From: Planctomycetota bacterium
GTDB taxonomy: Bacteria > Planctomycetota > Phycisphaerae > UBA1845
Direction of reading: 5' to 3'
Length of the DNA: 64,000 bases
Assembly (NCBI GenBank): GCA_016208685.1
Contig: JACQXM010000044.1
Coordinates: forward strand, 5,349-69,348
Positions 1 to 9,632 of this stretch are shown here, piece after piece; the stretch's first letter is position 1; the number at the start of each line of letters is the position of its first letter. The notes beneath the pieces are model-generated. The model had not been told where the DNA came from, did no database searches, and saw only the letters and a program-made list of their open reading frames with translations. Made by a program: the position numbers and the translations under genes.

Positions 1-2003
1 AACGTGAACTCGTTCTGGTCGAACTCGTCGCCGTTGGTTGAATCCCACGCGTACTGGAAACCCAGGTAGGGTGTCAGGAAGCGGGCCGGAAAGTCGGGAT
101 CATCCTGCCGCAGGTAGGCATCCCCCTTGGCGCCCCAGGGTTCGATGCCGGCGTTTTCGTATCTGGGAGTCATGTCCAGTAGTTTGTAGCTTTGCAGGAT
201 GCCGAGGGCGAAGTACTCGCCGTCACGGTCGAAACGGCGATCGAAGAGCGGCTCGCGGTAATCGCGCAGCGTGACTGCGAAGTAGACGTTGGTCTCAGCG
301 CGGCGCTGGTCCCAGAAAAACCGCAGGTTGGGGGTCAGGGACTGCGTTTCCACGAAGGCAGCGCGCCCCAGCAGGGTGTAGTCGTAATCGTACTGGAGGC
401 GCAAGTGCATCGGGCCGAAGCTTTCCCCTTCAGGCACCAGCTCATACTGCAAGGCCACGCTGGCGCCGTACTGCTGCTCGTCGAACTCGTCCACGTCGGC
501 GTGCCAGAGCTGTGACACCCGCCCCTGGAAGCCGAGCGTGAGCTTCTCGCTGAGGTCCCTGGTGTAGTCGACGATCAGTCCGGCGGTGAACCCGAAGTCG
601 CGGGTGCGCGAAATGTCCCGCGGCAGGTCCGTGCGCTCGCCGAGCAGCACCACGTTGGTGTCGCGGTGCGCTCCGGTAAAGAGCGTCAGTTGCAAGTCGT
701 TGCGCAGTTGAACGGCCCCCACCTGCGGTTCCGCCAGCCGGGCAATGAGGACCCGCTGTTTGGCGACCAGTTCCGGCAGGCGGCCTTCGCTCCGCGAGCG
801 GACCTCGGGCGGTGCGTCGGGTTTGGCAGCGGGGTTCAGGTCGTAGCGCGCGGCCTCGGCCAGCCGGCTCTCGGCCTCGCGCAACACCGCCTGCCGGCGC
901 CCCAGGTCGCTCTCGCGGCTGGCGCGCGAGGTGATGATCAGGCCCAGGTAGAACGAGGCGTAGCTGCGCCAGGTTTTCTCAATGTTGGGGTCGTCGGCGA
1001 GATCCTGCATGATGCGCTGGGCCTCGGCCATGATCTTCTCGGCCTGCGCCAGCAGCGTCTCATCCAGTTCGGGCACTTCAGTGTCGGCGCGGCGGGGGAC
1101 GGCCTGCCGGTAGCGGACGACACCCAGGAAGAACTTGGTGCGCACCTCGTCCTCGCGCGAAGCAAAGCCGCCGCGGATCAGTTCCTGGAGGATGTTGGCC
1201 ACCTGCCGCAGCGCCTCGGCGGCGTCGGCCCGCAAGGCGTCCACGGGAGCCCGCGCCTGGGATTCCTCGAGCTCCCCGCGGCGGACCCGCAGCGCCTCGT
1301 CCTCGTCGCTGCTGGCGACCTTCGACCGTGCCAGGACTTCCATCAGGCGAACCACGACTTCCGGCTTGTCGAGCACGCGAAGCAGCGCCGTAAGGTCGGT
1401 GGACATAGCGACATAATGGCCGCGCTCCGCTTCGCTGCGGGCGCGGACCTGGGCGCGCTTTTCGGCGATGCTGCCCCGCAACTCGTCGTCGGATCGCTTT
1501 TCCTCCTCGCAGCGGCGGAGAAAGCTCTCTCGCTGTTTGAGCGTCAGCTCCGCGATGAGCCGTTCCGCGGGCTCCAGGGAGGCGTCCTGCGCCGTCGTCC
1601 GGAGCGCCTCGACCTCACCACGGATGCGTTCCAGGACCTCCGGACTGCCTCGTGCCTTCAGGACCTCGTCGTCGGCGTCTGCTATGTCCTGGAGCTCGAC
1701 CACGCGCACGTACCGTTCCACCAGCGCCAAGCCGCCGTGGCAAAGCGAATGGAAGAGCAGCGCCGCGGGGTTGGCCGGCTCGCGCTGGAGCACCGAGGAA
1801 AAAAGATCGAGTGCGGCGCGGTAGTCTTCGCCCGCCGCCTTGGGGGAAGCCGACGCACCGACCGCCCGAAGATACAGCTCGATGCCTTTGTTGAGATCAA
1901 CGAGGCTGTCCGGCGTTGGGGGGGCAGGCTGTTGCGCTGGAGTTGCCGCTCCCAGAAGGCCGAAGGCAAGGGCTACGCTGATGAAAGCTGGGCGTTGGTT
2001 CAT
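1..2003 (-). CDS. TPR-repeat plus C-terminal outer-membrane beta-barrel protein (SLAM/DUF560-like architecture); runs off the left edge
   Basis: Absent from the ORF track because it has no stop in the window. Manual translation from ATG 2003 gives the signal peptide MNQRPAFISVALAFGLLGAATPA, helical TPR-like segments (KFFLGVVRYRQ, SYASFYLGLI), then amphipathic beta strands (LQLTLFTGAHRDTNV, FGFTAGLIVDY, YGASVALQYEL, LRLQYDYDYTLL). Confidence 0.7.
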   Translation of the reverse strand, partial: MNQRPAFISVALAFGLLGAATPAQQPAPPTPDSLVDLNKGIELYLRAVGASASPKAAGEDYRAALDLFSSVLQREPANPAALLFHSLCHGGLALVERYVRVVELQDIADADDEVLKARGSPEVLERIRGEVEALRTTAQDASLEPAERLIAELTLKQRESFLRRCEEEKRSDDELRGSIAEKRAQVRARSEAERGHYVAMSTDLTALLRVLDKPEVVVRLMEVLARSKVASSDEDEALRVRRGELEESQARAPVDALRADAAEALRQVANILQELIRGGFASREDEVRTKFFLGVVRYRQAVPRRADTEVPELDETLLAQAEKIMAEAQRIMQDLADDPNIEKTWRSYASFYLGLIITSRASRESDLGRRQAVLREAESRLAEAARYDLNPAAKPDAPPEVRSRSEGRLPELVAKQRVLIARLAEPQVGAVQLRNDLQLTLFTGAHRDTNVVLLGERTDLPRDISRTRDFGFTAGLIVDYTRDLSEKLTLGFQGRVSQLWHADVDEFDEQQYGASVALQYELVPEGESFGPMHLRLQYDYDYTLLGRAAFVETQSLTPNLRFFWDQRRAETNVYFAVTLRDYREPLFDRRFDRDGEYFALGILQSYKLLDMTPRYENAGIEPWGAKGDAYLRQDDPDFPARFLTPYLGFQYAWDSTNGDEFDQNEFT

Positions 2004-2134
2004 GTCACCCGTTGCGAGACAGCGCTCCGCCGGGAAGGGGATCAAACGCTCGCAGGCGCGCCCCCCGGCCGCGGACGCCCGGCTCCGCAGTTAGCCTCGA
2101 CCCTGTCGGCGCCGCCTGCCGGCACCGAAAGGAA

Positions 2135-2344
2135 TCAGTTATCCTGCCCATTCGTGCCGGGGATGACCGTGGCCTGCACGATCTGCGCCCCGGTGTTGAC
2201 CGTGGCGCGTATCAGGGCCGAAAACACGAAGTCCTTGAACTGCAACGTCGTGATGCCGCAGGGACCCGCGAACAGCGTCCCGCCGCACAGCACGAGGCCC
2301 ACGGCCCAGCGACGGCAACGCTTGCCCGTCATTAACGGTTTCAT
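2135..2344 (-). CDS. Small secreted/lipoprotein-like peptide (69 aa)
   Basis: GAGGGAG RBS upstream; basic N-terminus, hydrophobic stretch, then Cys (KRCRRWAVGLVLCGGTLFAGPC). Confidence 0.65.
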   Translation of the reverse strand: MKPLMTGKRCRRWAVGLVLCGGTLFAGPCGITTLQFKDFVFSALIRATVNTGAQIVQATVIPGTNGQDN

Positions 2345-2383
2345 AGTACGCTCCCTCTGCTTGGCGCGGCGGCTATGCGCCGG

Positions 2384-2560
2384 CTAGAACGAAGCCACCA
2401 GGTTCTCCAGCAGGAAGATGGCGGCATCCGACGCCAGCGACAGACCGAACTGGAACGGTATGTCCGGGTCGGTGAGCTGACAGCCGGCTGCCTGGAGTGC
2501 CAACGCGCCTCCGCAGAACCAGTACACCCACCGCCGCACGCGGTGCATCCTCGCTTGCAT
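2384..2560 (-). CDS. Small lipoprotein-like peptide (58 aa)
   Basis: Manual translation MQARMHRVRRWVYWFCGGALALQAAGCQLTDPDIPFQFGLSLASDAAIFLLENLVASF*. It has a lipobox-like AAGC and a GAGGCAGGTG RBS-like sequence; it is too short to appear in the ORF track. Confidence 0.65.
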   Translation of the reverse strand: MQARMHRVRRWVYWFCGGALALQAAGCQLTDPDIPFQFGLSLASDAAIFLLENLVASF

Positions 2561-2766
2561 GTAGTCACCTGCCTCACAAGAAGACCGCAGTTCTTGGATT
2601 GCTCATGGCCGTGATTCGAGAGCAATCGACCGGTATTCAACGACTCGCCGCCGCCGGTGTCAAGTGTATTTTCGCTCCCCAGCCGCGTTTACGTTTGTGC
2701 GGGGCGGCAGCAACTCGCGGATGGGAGCGACGGGCGGTGACGCTCGCTGCCGCGCCGCGTGCCTGC

Positions 2767-3387
2767 TCAGTCGCCGGTCTGGGTGGCAACGATGCCGGCG
2801 ATTTCCCGCCGCATCACCTCAAGCGCCTGTCCGCGATGGCTGATGCGATTCTTCAGCTCCGGCGGCATCTGCGCAGCGGTCAGGCCGAGATGCGGTACCA
2901 GGAAATGCGGATCGTACCCGAACCCGTTGCTGCCCAGGGGTTCGTCGATAATCGTCCCTTCGACGCTTCCGACGGCGACGGCCAGCACGTCGCCGCAGTC
3001 GGCGAGCGCCAGTACGCAGCGGAACCGCGCCGTTCGCGCCCCGGGCGCGACGCCGTGCAGCTCGCGCACCAGCCGCCCGTTGTTCGCCGCGTCGTCCGCG
3101 TGAGCCCCCGCGTACCGCGCCGAGTGGACTCCGGGCGCGCCGTGCAGCGCGTCCACTTCCAGACCGGAATCGTCGGCCAGCGCCCAACACTGCAGGAGAC
3201 GGGAATAGTAGGTCGCCTTGAGCCGCGCATTGCCCTCGAAGGTGTCGGCGTTCTCCACGGGCTTTGGGCAGGGCGGGTAATCGGCGAGCGTGGTCCAGCG
3301 AACCGGCAGCCCCTCCAGGACGGCGCGCATCTCGCGCGCTTTCCCGGTGTTGGAAGTGGCGATGACGATGGTACGCGGCTCGGTCAT
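2767..3387 (-). CDS. rdgB: Non-canonical purine NTP pyrophosphatase (Ham1/RdgB)
   Basis: Motifs ATSNTGKARE, ETF-like ENADTFEGNARLKA, ALADDSGLEVDAL, PGVHSARY, GFGYDPHF, KNRISHRGQA. Confidence 0.95.
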   Translation of the reverse strand: MTEPRTIVIATSNTGKAREMRAVLEGLPVRWTTLADYPPCPKPVENADTFEGNARLKATYYSRLLQCWALADDSGLEVDALHGAPGVHSARYAGAHADDAANNGRLVRELHGVAPGARTARFRCVLALADCGDVLAVAVGSVEGTIIDEPLGSNGFGYDPHFLVPHLGLTAAQMPPELKNRISHRGQALEVMRREIAGIVATQTGD

Positions 3388-3437
3388 GCGGTATTTCCTG
3401 GGCCTGGCCCGATGAACGCTCACGGCGCGGCTGGCGC

Positions 3438-4319
3438 TTACCGGCGGATTCGCTCCCCGTCGCGCGGGATATGCACCAGCCGCGACGGAACCGGCATGCG
3501 TTCGCCCTTCTCGGCGTCGGATGTGTAAACCTGCCCGCGGTACACAGCGCCGTTGAGGCGATTGTACTTCATCAGCTCGTCCGATTGCTGCAAGGCAAGC
3601 ACCTGCGGGCTGTAGCTCGGAAGCTTGCCGGGTTGCTCGATGACGGCGTCGGCGCCAAACAAACCGACGGTCACCATGCTGGCGGCCGGCGTGTGGTAGT
3701 AGTAGGCCTCGAAACCCCTCTCCCGGAGCATGGCGCAGTACTCCGCCGCTGCCTGTTTGTACTCCCAGAATTCGTCGGTGGGTTCAAAGACCGCCACCTG
3801 GAGCGAGTAGACCCCATCCGCCCGGTCTAGCCGCCAGGCGGGATTGCCGGCGTCCGGGGTGGGCATGCGTACGGTAAGCGCCCGCAGGAAGTAGTATTCC
3901 CCCGGCCCGGAACCGAGCTCTTTGATCAGCCGCAGGTCTTCGGTCAACTGCCTGGGCGTGTTGCGCTTACCTGTCTTGGGGTCGGTACGGCGGTAGTACG
4001 TGCCGTAATAGAGGCGTGCCACGCCCTCGGCCTCGTCGCGGACAAACACATCCCGGGCGCGCACACCGGGAGTTTGTTTCAGCGTCTCCGCGACCTGGGT
4101 GATGTGGTCCATCCGTTGCGGGCCCTGCATTTCGAGGCAGAGGATGGTCCAAGGCGCGCCCGTGGGACGGAACAGTCGGGAGCGCCGAGGCGCGTCGGGA
4201 TCGACGCGGCCTCCGGGAGCGCAGCCGAGCGGCAAGGTCGAGACCACAATCGTGGCCGCTCCGAGGATGACCAGGACCTTCGTTGGACGGACATGCCCAT
4301 TGCCGTGCTTCTCGTTCAT
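3438..4319 (-). CDS. Lipoprotein with SPOR-like domains
   Basis: Lipobox LPLGC after a hydrophobic segment; YSLQVAVF...AAAEYCAMLRERGFEAYY...VTVGLF resembles a SPOR fold. The ATG lies 6 nt after a TACCAT -10-like hexamer. Confidence 0.65.
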   Translation of the reverse strand: MNEKHGNGHVRPTKVLVILGAATIVVSTLPLGCAPGGRVDPDAPRRSRLFRPTGAPWTILCLEMQGPQRMDHITQVAETLKQTPGVRARDVFVRDEAEGVARLYYGTYYRRTDPKTGKRNTPRQLTEDLRLIKELGSGPGEYYFLRALTVRMPTPDAGNPAWRLDRADGVYSLQVAVFEPTDEFWEYKQAAAEYCAMLRERGFEAYYYHTPAASMVTVGLFGADAVIEQPGKLPSYSPQVLALQQSDELMKYNRLNGAVYRGQVYTSDAEKGERMPVPSRLVHIPRDGERIRR

Positions 4320-4356
4320 GCCGGTATGGTAGGGGCGGATGCGCGATTGGTCAGCC

Positions 4357-6495
4357 TCAGGGCGTTGGTTGCCCGAAGCGCTGGAACAGGGCCGCGGTGT
4401 CATGCAGGTCCAGGTTGTTGTCGCCGTCGAAGTCGAAGACAGCGCAACCGGCGCCGCCGGGAGGCATGGCGGGGCCGGAAAGGCACCGGGCAAGTTGCCC
4501 AAAGTCGCCGAGGTCCACCAGACCGTTGCCGTTGTAATCGCCGGTCGCGGACGCGCACAGAATGGCCCGCACATGGAACTCGTCGATTGCCGCCTCAGTG
4601 AGCGAATCATCGTCGACGTCCGCGGTCGAGAACCGCACGCGAATCGAGTCCCCCGAAAACTGCGGCACCTGGCTCAAGCGGAAGCGCCGCTGCACCCAGG
4701 TCGGTTCGTGCGCGACGGTTTCAACCACGGCCCAGGTGTTACCCCCGTCGCCCGAAATGGACACGGTCAGGAAATCCGCATTGCCGTCACCGCTGGAGTG
4801 GAACCACCGCGCGTAGCTGACTTCGGCGTCGGCGGTGGGGATCGTGAACACGGGGGAAAGCAACTCCATTGGCCCGCCGTCGACATCACTCGTCCAGACG
4901 GCCCCGCCCAAATACTGCCCCGTGACGAAGCATTTCGTACCCGCTTGCGGTGAGAAGTCGTAACCGGGTTGGAGTGGTATGTTTCCAGCGGCGAACGTCG
5001 CCACTGGCGCGACTCGCGTCCAGGCGCCGGGAAGCTCGCCGGTGGGGTCGATGACTACGTCCCAGCCGAGATCCACTTCGAAGTCGTCGTCAAATACCGC
5101 GCTAGTGTTCAGGGCGTATGCCGTGAAGGTCTCCATCGGGGCGTTTGCGGGGTGACGGATTGTGGCACCCAGGTGGCCGTCGGCGGAGAAGTAGCAGGCG
5201 ATGGCCGTGTCGCAGGGCGTGGCCGGCAGGAACCCCCGGTACACAGACTCACCGACGGGGGCGAGCGGCTGCATCACTGTGTTGTTAGCTGAATCGATGA
5301 CCGTCAGCCACGCACCGGCCACCTGCTGCGCGCCTGCGGCGACCCGTACGGCCACCGGGATAGGCACGCCCGCAGCGATCTCCTCCGGCCATGCCTCGAC
5401 CGGCTCGATGCGCAACGGCGGCAGCGGTGTCGTTTGCAGAGCCCGGGCGACGTTCAGTCGCCCAGCGCCCCATTGCGGGTCCGGCCCCGCCGGCCCGCGG
5501 TCGTCAGCGGAATCCAGCAGAATCCGGCGAGCCTCGACAGCGCTCAGCTGCGGTGCGTACGAACGAACGAGCGCCGCAGCGCCACCTACCAGCGCCGCCG
5601 GCGCCCACCACGCCTGGTCGGCGGTGGCGTATCCGCCGCCCACCTCCGTGGCGAGGATCGACGCACCGGGGGCCGAGAGGTCCACTTCCGGCCCGTAATT
5701 CGAGTAGCCGGCAAGGAGGTCCTGATGGTCGGTTGCGGTTACGGCGATGCACGGCTCGACCGCCGCCGGGTACGCGACTTCGTTGGAGGCGTCGTGGCCG
5801 GCCGGTCCCACGACCAGCACATCGTTCGCCGCGGCGTAATCGATCGCCTCGGCCAGCACCGCCGGGGACCCGTAGAATCGAACCAGCACGGCGATCACAT
5901 CGGCGTCGTGATCGACGGCCCAGCGGATGCCGTCGGCGGCGTTCTGCGCCGTGCCGGCGCATCCGTCGAGCACGCGCACCGGCAGTAGCCGCACCTCGCC
6001 CGCCAGGCCTGCCATCCCCACACCGTTGTCGGCCAGGGCGGCGATCAGCCCCGCGGCGCGGGTGCCGACTCCGCAATCATCGAGCGTGTTGAATGGATCG
6101 CCTGTCGTCGCCCGGCCGACAAGCACCCTACCGGCGTACTCCGCGTGCGCGTCGATGCCCGAGCTCACGATGGCCACCGTAACGGACGAGCTCCCAGCAT
6201 GGATGGCCCAGGCGGCCTGAGCGTTGATGTCCGCGCCGACGGTGCCGGCTGTCCCGTTGATCACCTGCCCGGTGTTTGTGAGGTACCACTGCTGGGCAAA
6301 GAGCGGATCGTCAGGCACGGCCGCCGCGCGAGAGCCAATGGCGAACACGGCGTGATACGATGCCCACGCGAGAATCGCGCCCGTGGCGAAAACGGTGCGC
6401 GGGGGCCTCGTTCGGCAGCGACGCTGAGCAAGCGTGCGCGTGAGAGTAGCTGGCAGGAACAACGGTGTAGTGATCAGGTGAACAGGCCGGCACAT
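4357..6495 (-). CDS. S8 subtilase-fold secreted protein with substituted catalytic residues, a jelly-roll domain and a C-terminal dockerin-like EF-hand
   Basis: PDDPLFAQQWYL, ADINAQAAW, YPAA, SNYGPEVDLSAPG and WGAGRLNVARAL are typical S8 segments; C-terminal GDYNGNGLVDLGD and DFDGDNNLDLHD. Start codon uncertain. Confidence 0.85.
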   Translation of the reverse strand: MCRPVHLITTPLFLPATLTRTLAQRRCRTRPPRTVFATGAILAWASYHAVFAIGSRAAAVPDDPLFAQQWYLTNTGQVINGTAGTVGADINAQAAWAIHAGSSSVTVAIVSSGIDAHAEYAGRVLVGRATTGDPFNTLDDCGVGTRAAGLIAALADNGVGMAGLAGEVRLLPVRVLDGCAGTAQNAADGIRWAVDHDADVIAVLVRFYGSPAVLAEAIDYAAANDVLVVGPAGHDASNEVAYPAAVEPCIAVTATDHQDLLAGYSNYGPEVDLSAPGASILATEVGGGYATADQAWWAPAALVGGAAALVRSYAPQLSAVEARRILLDSADDRGPAGPDPQWGAGRLNVARALQTTPLPPLRIEPVEAWPEEIAAGVPIPVAVRVAAGAQQVAGAWLTVIDSANNTVMQPLAPVGESVYRGFLPATPCDTAIACYFSADGHLGATIRHPANAPMETFTAYALNTSAVFDDDFEVDLGWDVVIDPTGELPGAWTRVAPVATFAAGNIPLQPGYDFSPQAGTKCFVTGQYLGGAVWTSDVDGGPMELLSPVFTIPTADAEVSYARWFHSSGDGNADFLTVSISGDGGNTWAVVETVAHEPTWVQRRFRLSQVPQFSGDSIRVRFSTADVDDDSLTEAAIDEFHVRAILCASATGDYNGNGLVDLGDFGQLARCLSGPAMPPGGAGCAVFDFDGDNNLDLHDTAALFQRFGQPTP

Positions 6496-6706
6496 TGGTG
6501 GTCCTCGAATTCGGTACGGCGCATGGTCGCCGAGTAGGGGTCGTCGCGAATCGTTTTTCCCCCTCCGGAGGCAGGAGAGCATACAGGTTTGCCACCGACA
6601 CTGCAACCCCCGGCGGAGCAGGCGAGCATCACCTGACGCTTCCGTCGAGGTTGTCATCGCTGCGATCGACGCGCCTTGGCGGTCCAAGAAAAGTTCCGTT
6701 CTTCGC

Positions 6707-6752
6707 TTGACGATGGTTGCGGAGCGTGCTATGATGTTGGTTGATCGCTCAA
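6707..6752 (+). promoter_or_regulatory. Sigma70-type promoter plus probable TetR operator
   Basis: TTGACG (6707-6712), 17 nt spacer, TATGAT (6730-6735) with an extended TG; near-palindrome TTGATCGCTCAA at 6741-6752 just downstream. Confidence 0.75.
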
Positions 6753-6772
6753 GTAAGGAGGCGTTCCCGACC

Positions 6773-7438
6773 ATGGGAGGGAGTAACGAGCGAACAGACC
6801 AGGCTTCGACGCGCGACCGGTTGGTGGAGGCCGCCCGGCAGCTATTCCTGGTTAAGGGTTACGAGGCGACCGGCGTGGCGGAGATTCTCCGTGAGGCGGG
6901 GGTGAACAGCGGCAGCCTGTACTACTTCTTCCGCAGCAAGGAAGCGTTGCTGCTGGCCGTGCTGGAGACGTACAAGCGGTTGCTCGCGCCGGAGGTGCTC
7001 GACCCGGTGTTTGCCGCAGAGCGCGATCCGATTGCACGGGTGTTCGGAGTGCTGGAGGGCTATCGCCAGATGCTCACGCTGACGCAATGCAGGATGGGCT
7101 GCCCGATCGGAAACCTGGCGCTGGAGATGAGTGAGAAGTCGGAGCCGGTCCGCGTGGGCATCGCCGAGAACTTCGACGGCTGGAAGCGGGCGATCGAGCA
7201 ATGCCTCATCGACGCCGGAAGTCGGCTTCCGCAGGGTGTGAATCGCAGTTCTTTGGCGACGTTCATTCTGACGGTGATGGAGGGCGGCGTGATGCAGGCG
7301 CGTGCCCACCGCAGCCTGGCGCCGTTTGAGGAATCGGTGCGCCTCTTGCGGGACTACATCGACCGGCTGATGCAGGCGGCGGCATCGGCAAGCGCCGGTG
7401 AGGGTACCGGTGCCTCCAAAGGTGAATTGGGTACATAA
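6773..7438 (+). CDS. TetR/AcrR-family transcriptional regulator (NemR/LmrA-like)
   Basis: HTH TRDRLVEAARQLF...GYEATGVAEIL...GSLYYFFRSKEAL; GCPIGNLALE; AAGGAGG RBS. Confidence 0.92.
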   Translation: MGGSNERTDQASTRDRLVEAARQLFLVKGYEATGVAEILREAGVNSGSLYYFFRSKEALLLAVLETYKRLLAPEVLDPVFAAERDPIARVFGVLEGYRQMLTLTQCRMGCPIGNLALEMSEKSEPVRVGIAENFDGWKRAIEQCLIDAGSRLPQGVNRSSLATFILTVMEGGVMQARAHRSLAPFEESVRLLRDYIDRLMQAAASASAGEGTGASKGELGT

Positions 7439-7450
7439 GCGGAGGAATCC

Positions 7451-7878
7451 ATGTTTTCGATCGGTCTTCAGGGCGTTAATTACTGGGCGGTGCTGGTGGC
7501 CGGATTCGGCACATTCATGCTGGGCGGAGTGTGGTACACCGCGCTGTTTGGGAGGCGGTGGGTCGCCCTCCACGGCTTCACCGAGGCGCAGGTCAAGGAG
7601 ATGCAAGCCAGGCGGCCGCCGGCCGTGTTCTTCGGCGGGATGTTCGCCTGCTACCTCGTCGTGGCGCTCGTACTCGCCGCGGTGTTCGCTTCGGCGCGCG
7701 TTGAGTCGGCCGCCACCGGCGCGGCATTTGGTCTTCTGCTCTGGTTGGGAGTTGCGGCGGCCATACGCATGAGGACCACCTCGCGTTAAATAAGCCTCTC
7801 GGCGTCTATGCCATCGACGCTTCATTTCAGTTGATCTTCCTGGTGATGATGGGCGCCATTCTCGGGGGGTGGCGGTAG
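7451..7878 (+). pseudogene. DUF1761-family membrane protein with a 1-nt frameshift near 7770 (pseudogene or sequencing error)
   Basis: N-part VNYWAVLVAG...LGGVWYTALFGRRW stops at 7789. The typical C-terminus (DHLALNKPLGVYAIDASFQLIFLVMMGAILGGWR*) continues in another frame to TAG 7878. Confidence 0.75.
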
Positions 7879-7970
7879 GCACAAGGGCTGGCGTGGCGCA
7901 GTGCGAGTACGGGTTGCAGTCCCTGGAACGACGTTCCACAAGGATAGACAAGCCATTGGGAGCAAACGAG

Positions 7971-9557
7971 ATGACGAGAGCAAGGGGCCGTTGGGCGGCG
8001 AAGGCAGCGTTGTGCGGAGCAATCATGTCATGCAGCGTGGAGGCGCAGCCGGGCGCGGTGAAACCCGATTCCGGGGCGGCGGCGAACGGCGGCGCCGCGT
8101 CCGCCCCAGCGGGCACGCCGATTTCCGGTGAGCGGGCCATCCGACTGGAGACCGTCGTGGACGCCCCGAGGACCGCCGTCTGGCGGGCGTGGACGACAGC
8201 GGCGGGCATTGAGTCGTTCTTCGCCTCCAAAGCGCGCGTGGACCTGGCGATCGACGGCGTTTTCGAGGTGCTCTTCAGTCCCGACGCCCCTGAGGGTTCG
8301 CGCGGCGCGGAGGGGTGCAGGATCTTAAGCTACTTGCCCTACGAGATGTTGTCGTTCGACTGGAGTGCGCCGCCGAGCATTCCCAGCCTGCGGAACTCCG
8401 GTGCTCGCACACACGTCATCCTGCGCTTTCGCGACGCCGAGGAAGGCAAGACGGCGGTCAGCTTCGTGCAACTGGGCTTCGGAACCGGGGAGGATTGGGA
8501 CGCCTACTACGCCTATTTCACCAATGCCTGGCCCCGAGTCATGAAGAACCTGGCTGCCAACGCGGCACGGTATTCGGCCTTACCGTTGCCGCGCGAACCG
8601 GAAGCGGCGCCGCTACGACACGAAGTAGAAGTCGACGCCGCTCCCGACCGCGTGTGGGAGGCGCTGACGACCAAACAGGGCATGGAGTCGTGGATGGTGG
8701 CCCATGCCGACGTCGATTGGCGCGTGGGCGGCAAGATCCGCACCAACTACGATCCGCAAGGCGTGCTCGGCGACCCTGGCACCATCGAAAACACCATCCT
8801 CGCGTACGAACCGCTGCGGATGTACTCCATCAAGGCGACTAGGGCGCCGGAGAACTTCCCCTTCAAGCGGGCCATCGACGGCATGTGGTCGGTTTTGGAG
8901 CTGGCGCCGCTGGAATCAGGCCGGACGCGCGTCACGCTCACCGGGTTGGGGTTCGGGAACGACGAGGAGTCGCAGGCGATGCGCTCCTTTTTTGAACGCG
9001 GCAATGCCCTGACGCTCGAGAAGCTGCGTTCAAAGTTCGCCCCGGGTGGTACCCAGCGAGCCGCCGCCGTAGGAGAGGGCGAGGCCGTGTCCGGGCCCCT
9101 TGCTTCGCTGGCTCGCCTCGTCGGTGCCTGGCACATGGACGGCACCTGGGAAGACCCCAGCAAGGGCAGCATCCGGGTGGAGAACGAGTGGGGGCTGAAC
9201 CACCGCGTGCTAAAGACCAAGTCCTTCCGGGTCAGCGAGTCGGGTGAGCAATTGGTCTACGAAACGTTCTCCTTCTGGCATCCGCAGAAGAAGCAGATCG
9301 TGTTTTACAGCATCTCCGCCGGCGGGACGGTTTACGACGGCGTCATCGCGGCGGAAGGCGACACTCTGACCTACACCTGGGCGGGATACGCCGCCGACTC
9401 GGTCACGGATTATCGCCAGACGCTCCGCTTCCCCGACGACGGCACTTACATTTGGACCGTGTTCGTGAAGGATACGGAGGAGTGGAAGCAGATCAAAGAG
9501 GGCGTGTTGCGTCGCGAGGCGCCGACGCGGCGCGCCGACGGCGCACCCGGACGGTAG
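7971..9557 (+). CDS. Secreted protein with two SRPBCC/AHSA1 domains and a C-terminal lipocalin-like beta domain
   Basis: Two copies of the AHSA1 pattern (VDAPRTAVWRAWTT; VDAAPDRVWEALTT); C-terminal LARLVGAW...; N-terminal signal-like segment. Confidence 0.8.
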   Translation: MTRARGRWAAKAALCGAIMSCSVEAQPGAVKPDSGAAANGGAASAPAGTPISGERAIRLETVVDAPRTAVWRAWTTAAGIESFFASKARVDLAIDGVFEVLFSPDAPEGSRGAEGCRILSYLPYEMLSFDWSAPPSIPSLRNSGARTHVILRFRDAEEGKTAVSFVQLGFGTGEDWDAYYAYFTNAWPRVMKNLAANAARYSALPLPREPEAAPLRHEVEVDAAPDRVWEALTTKQGMESWMVAHADVDWRVGGKIRTNYDPQGVLGDPGTIENTILAYEPLRMYSIKATRAPENFPFKRAIDGMWSVLELAPLESGRTRVTLTGLGFGNDEESQAMRSFFERGNALTLEKLRSKFAPGGTQRAAAVGEGEAVSGPLASLARLVGAWHMDGTWEDPSKGSIRVENEWGLNHRVLKTKSFRVSESGEQLVYETFSFWHPQKKQIVFYSISAGGTVYDGVIAAEGDTLTYTWAGYAADSVTDYRQTLRFPDDGTYIWTVFVKDTEEWKQIKEGVLRREAPTRRADGAPGR

Positions 9558-9632
9558 ATCGGCCCCGGAATCAGCGTTTTTGACTTGGCCGCGGCGCGGC
9601 AGCACGCCGCATCGGGCTGAGCCGCACCGTAG

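Noticed and set aside
666-2387. 573-aa plus-strand ORF
   Set aside because: Antisense shadow of the minus-strand TPR/barrel gene and small peptide.
6842-8230. 462-aa minus-strand ORF and similar long antisense ORFs (13158..14939, 53979..55634, 62312..63574)
   Set aside because: Shadows of well-supported opposite-strand genes, as expected at high GC.
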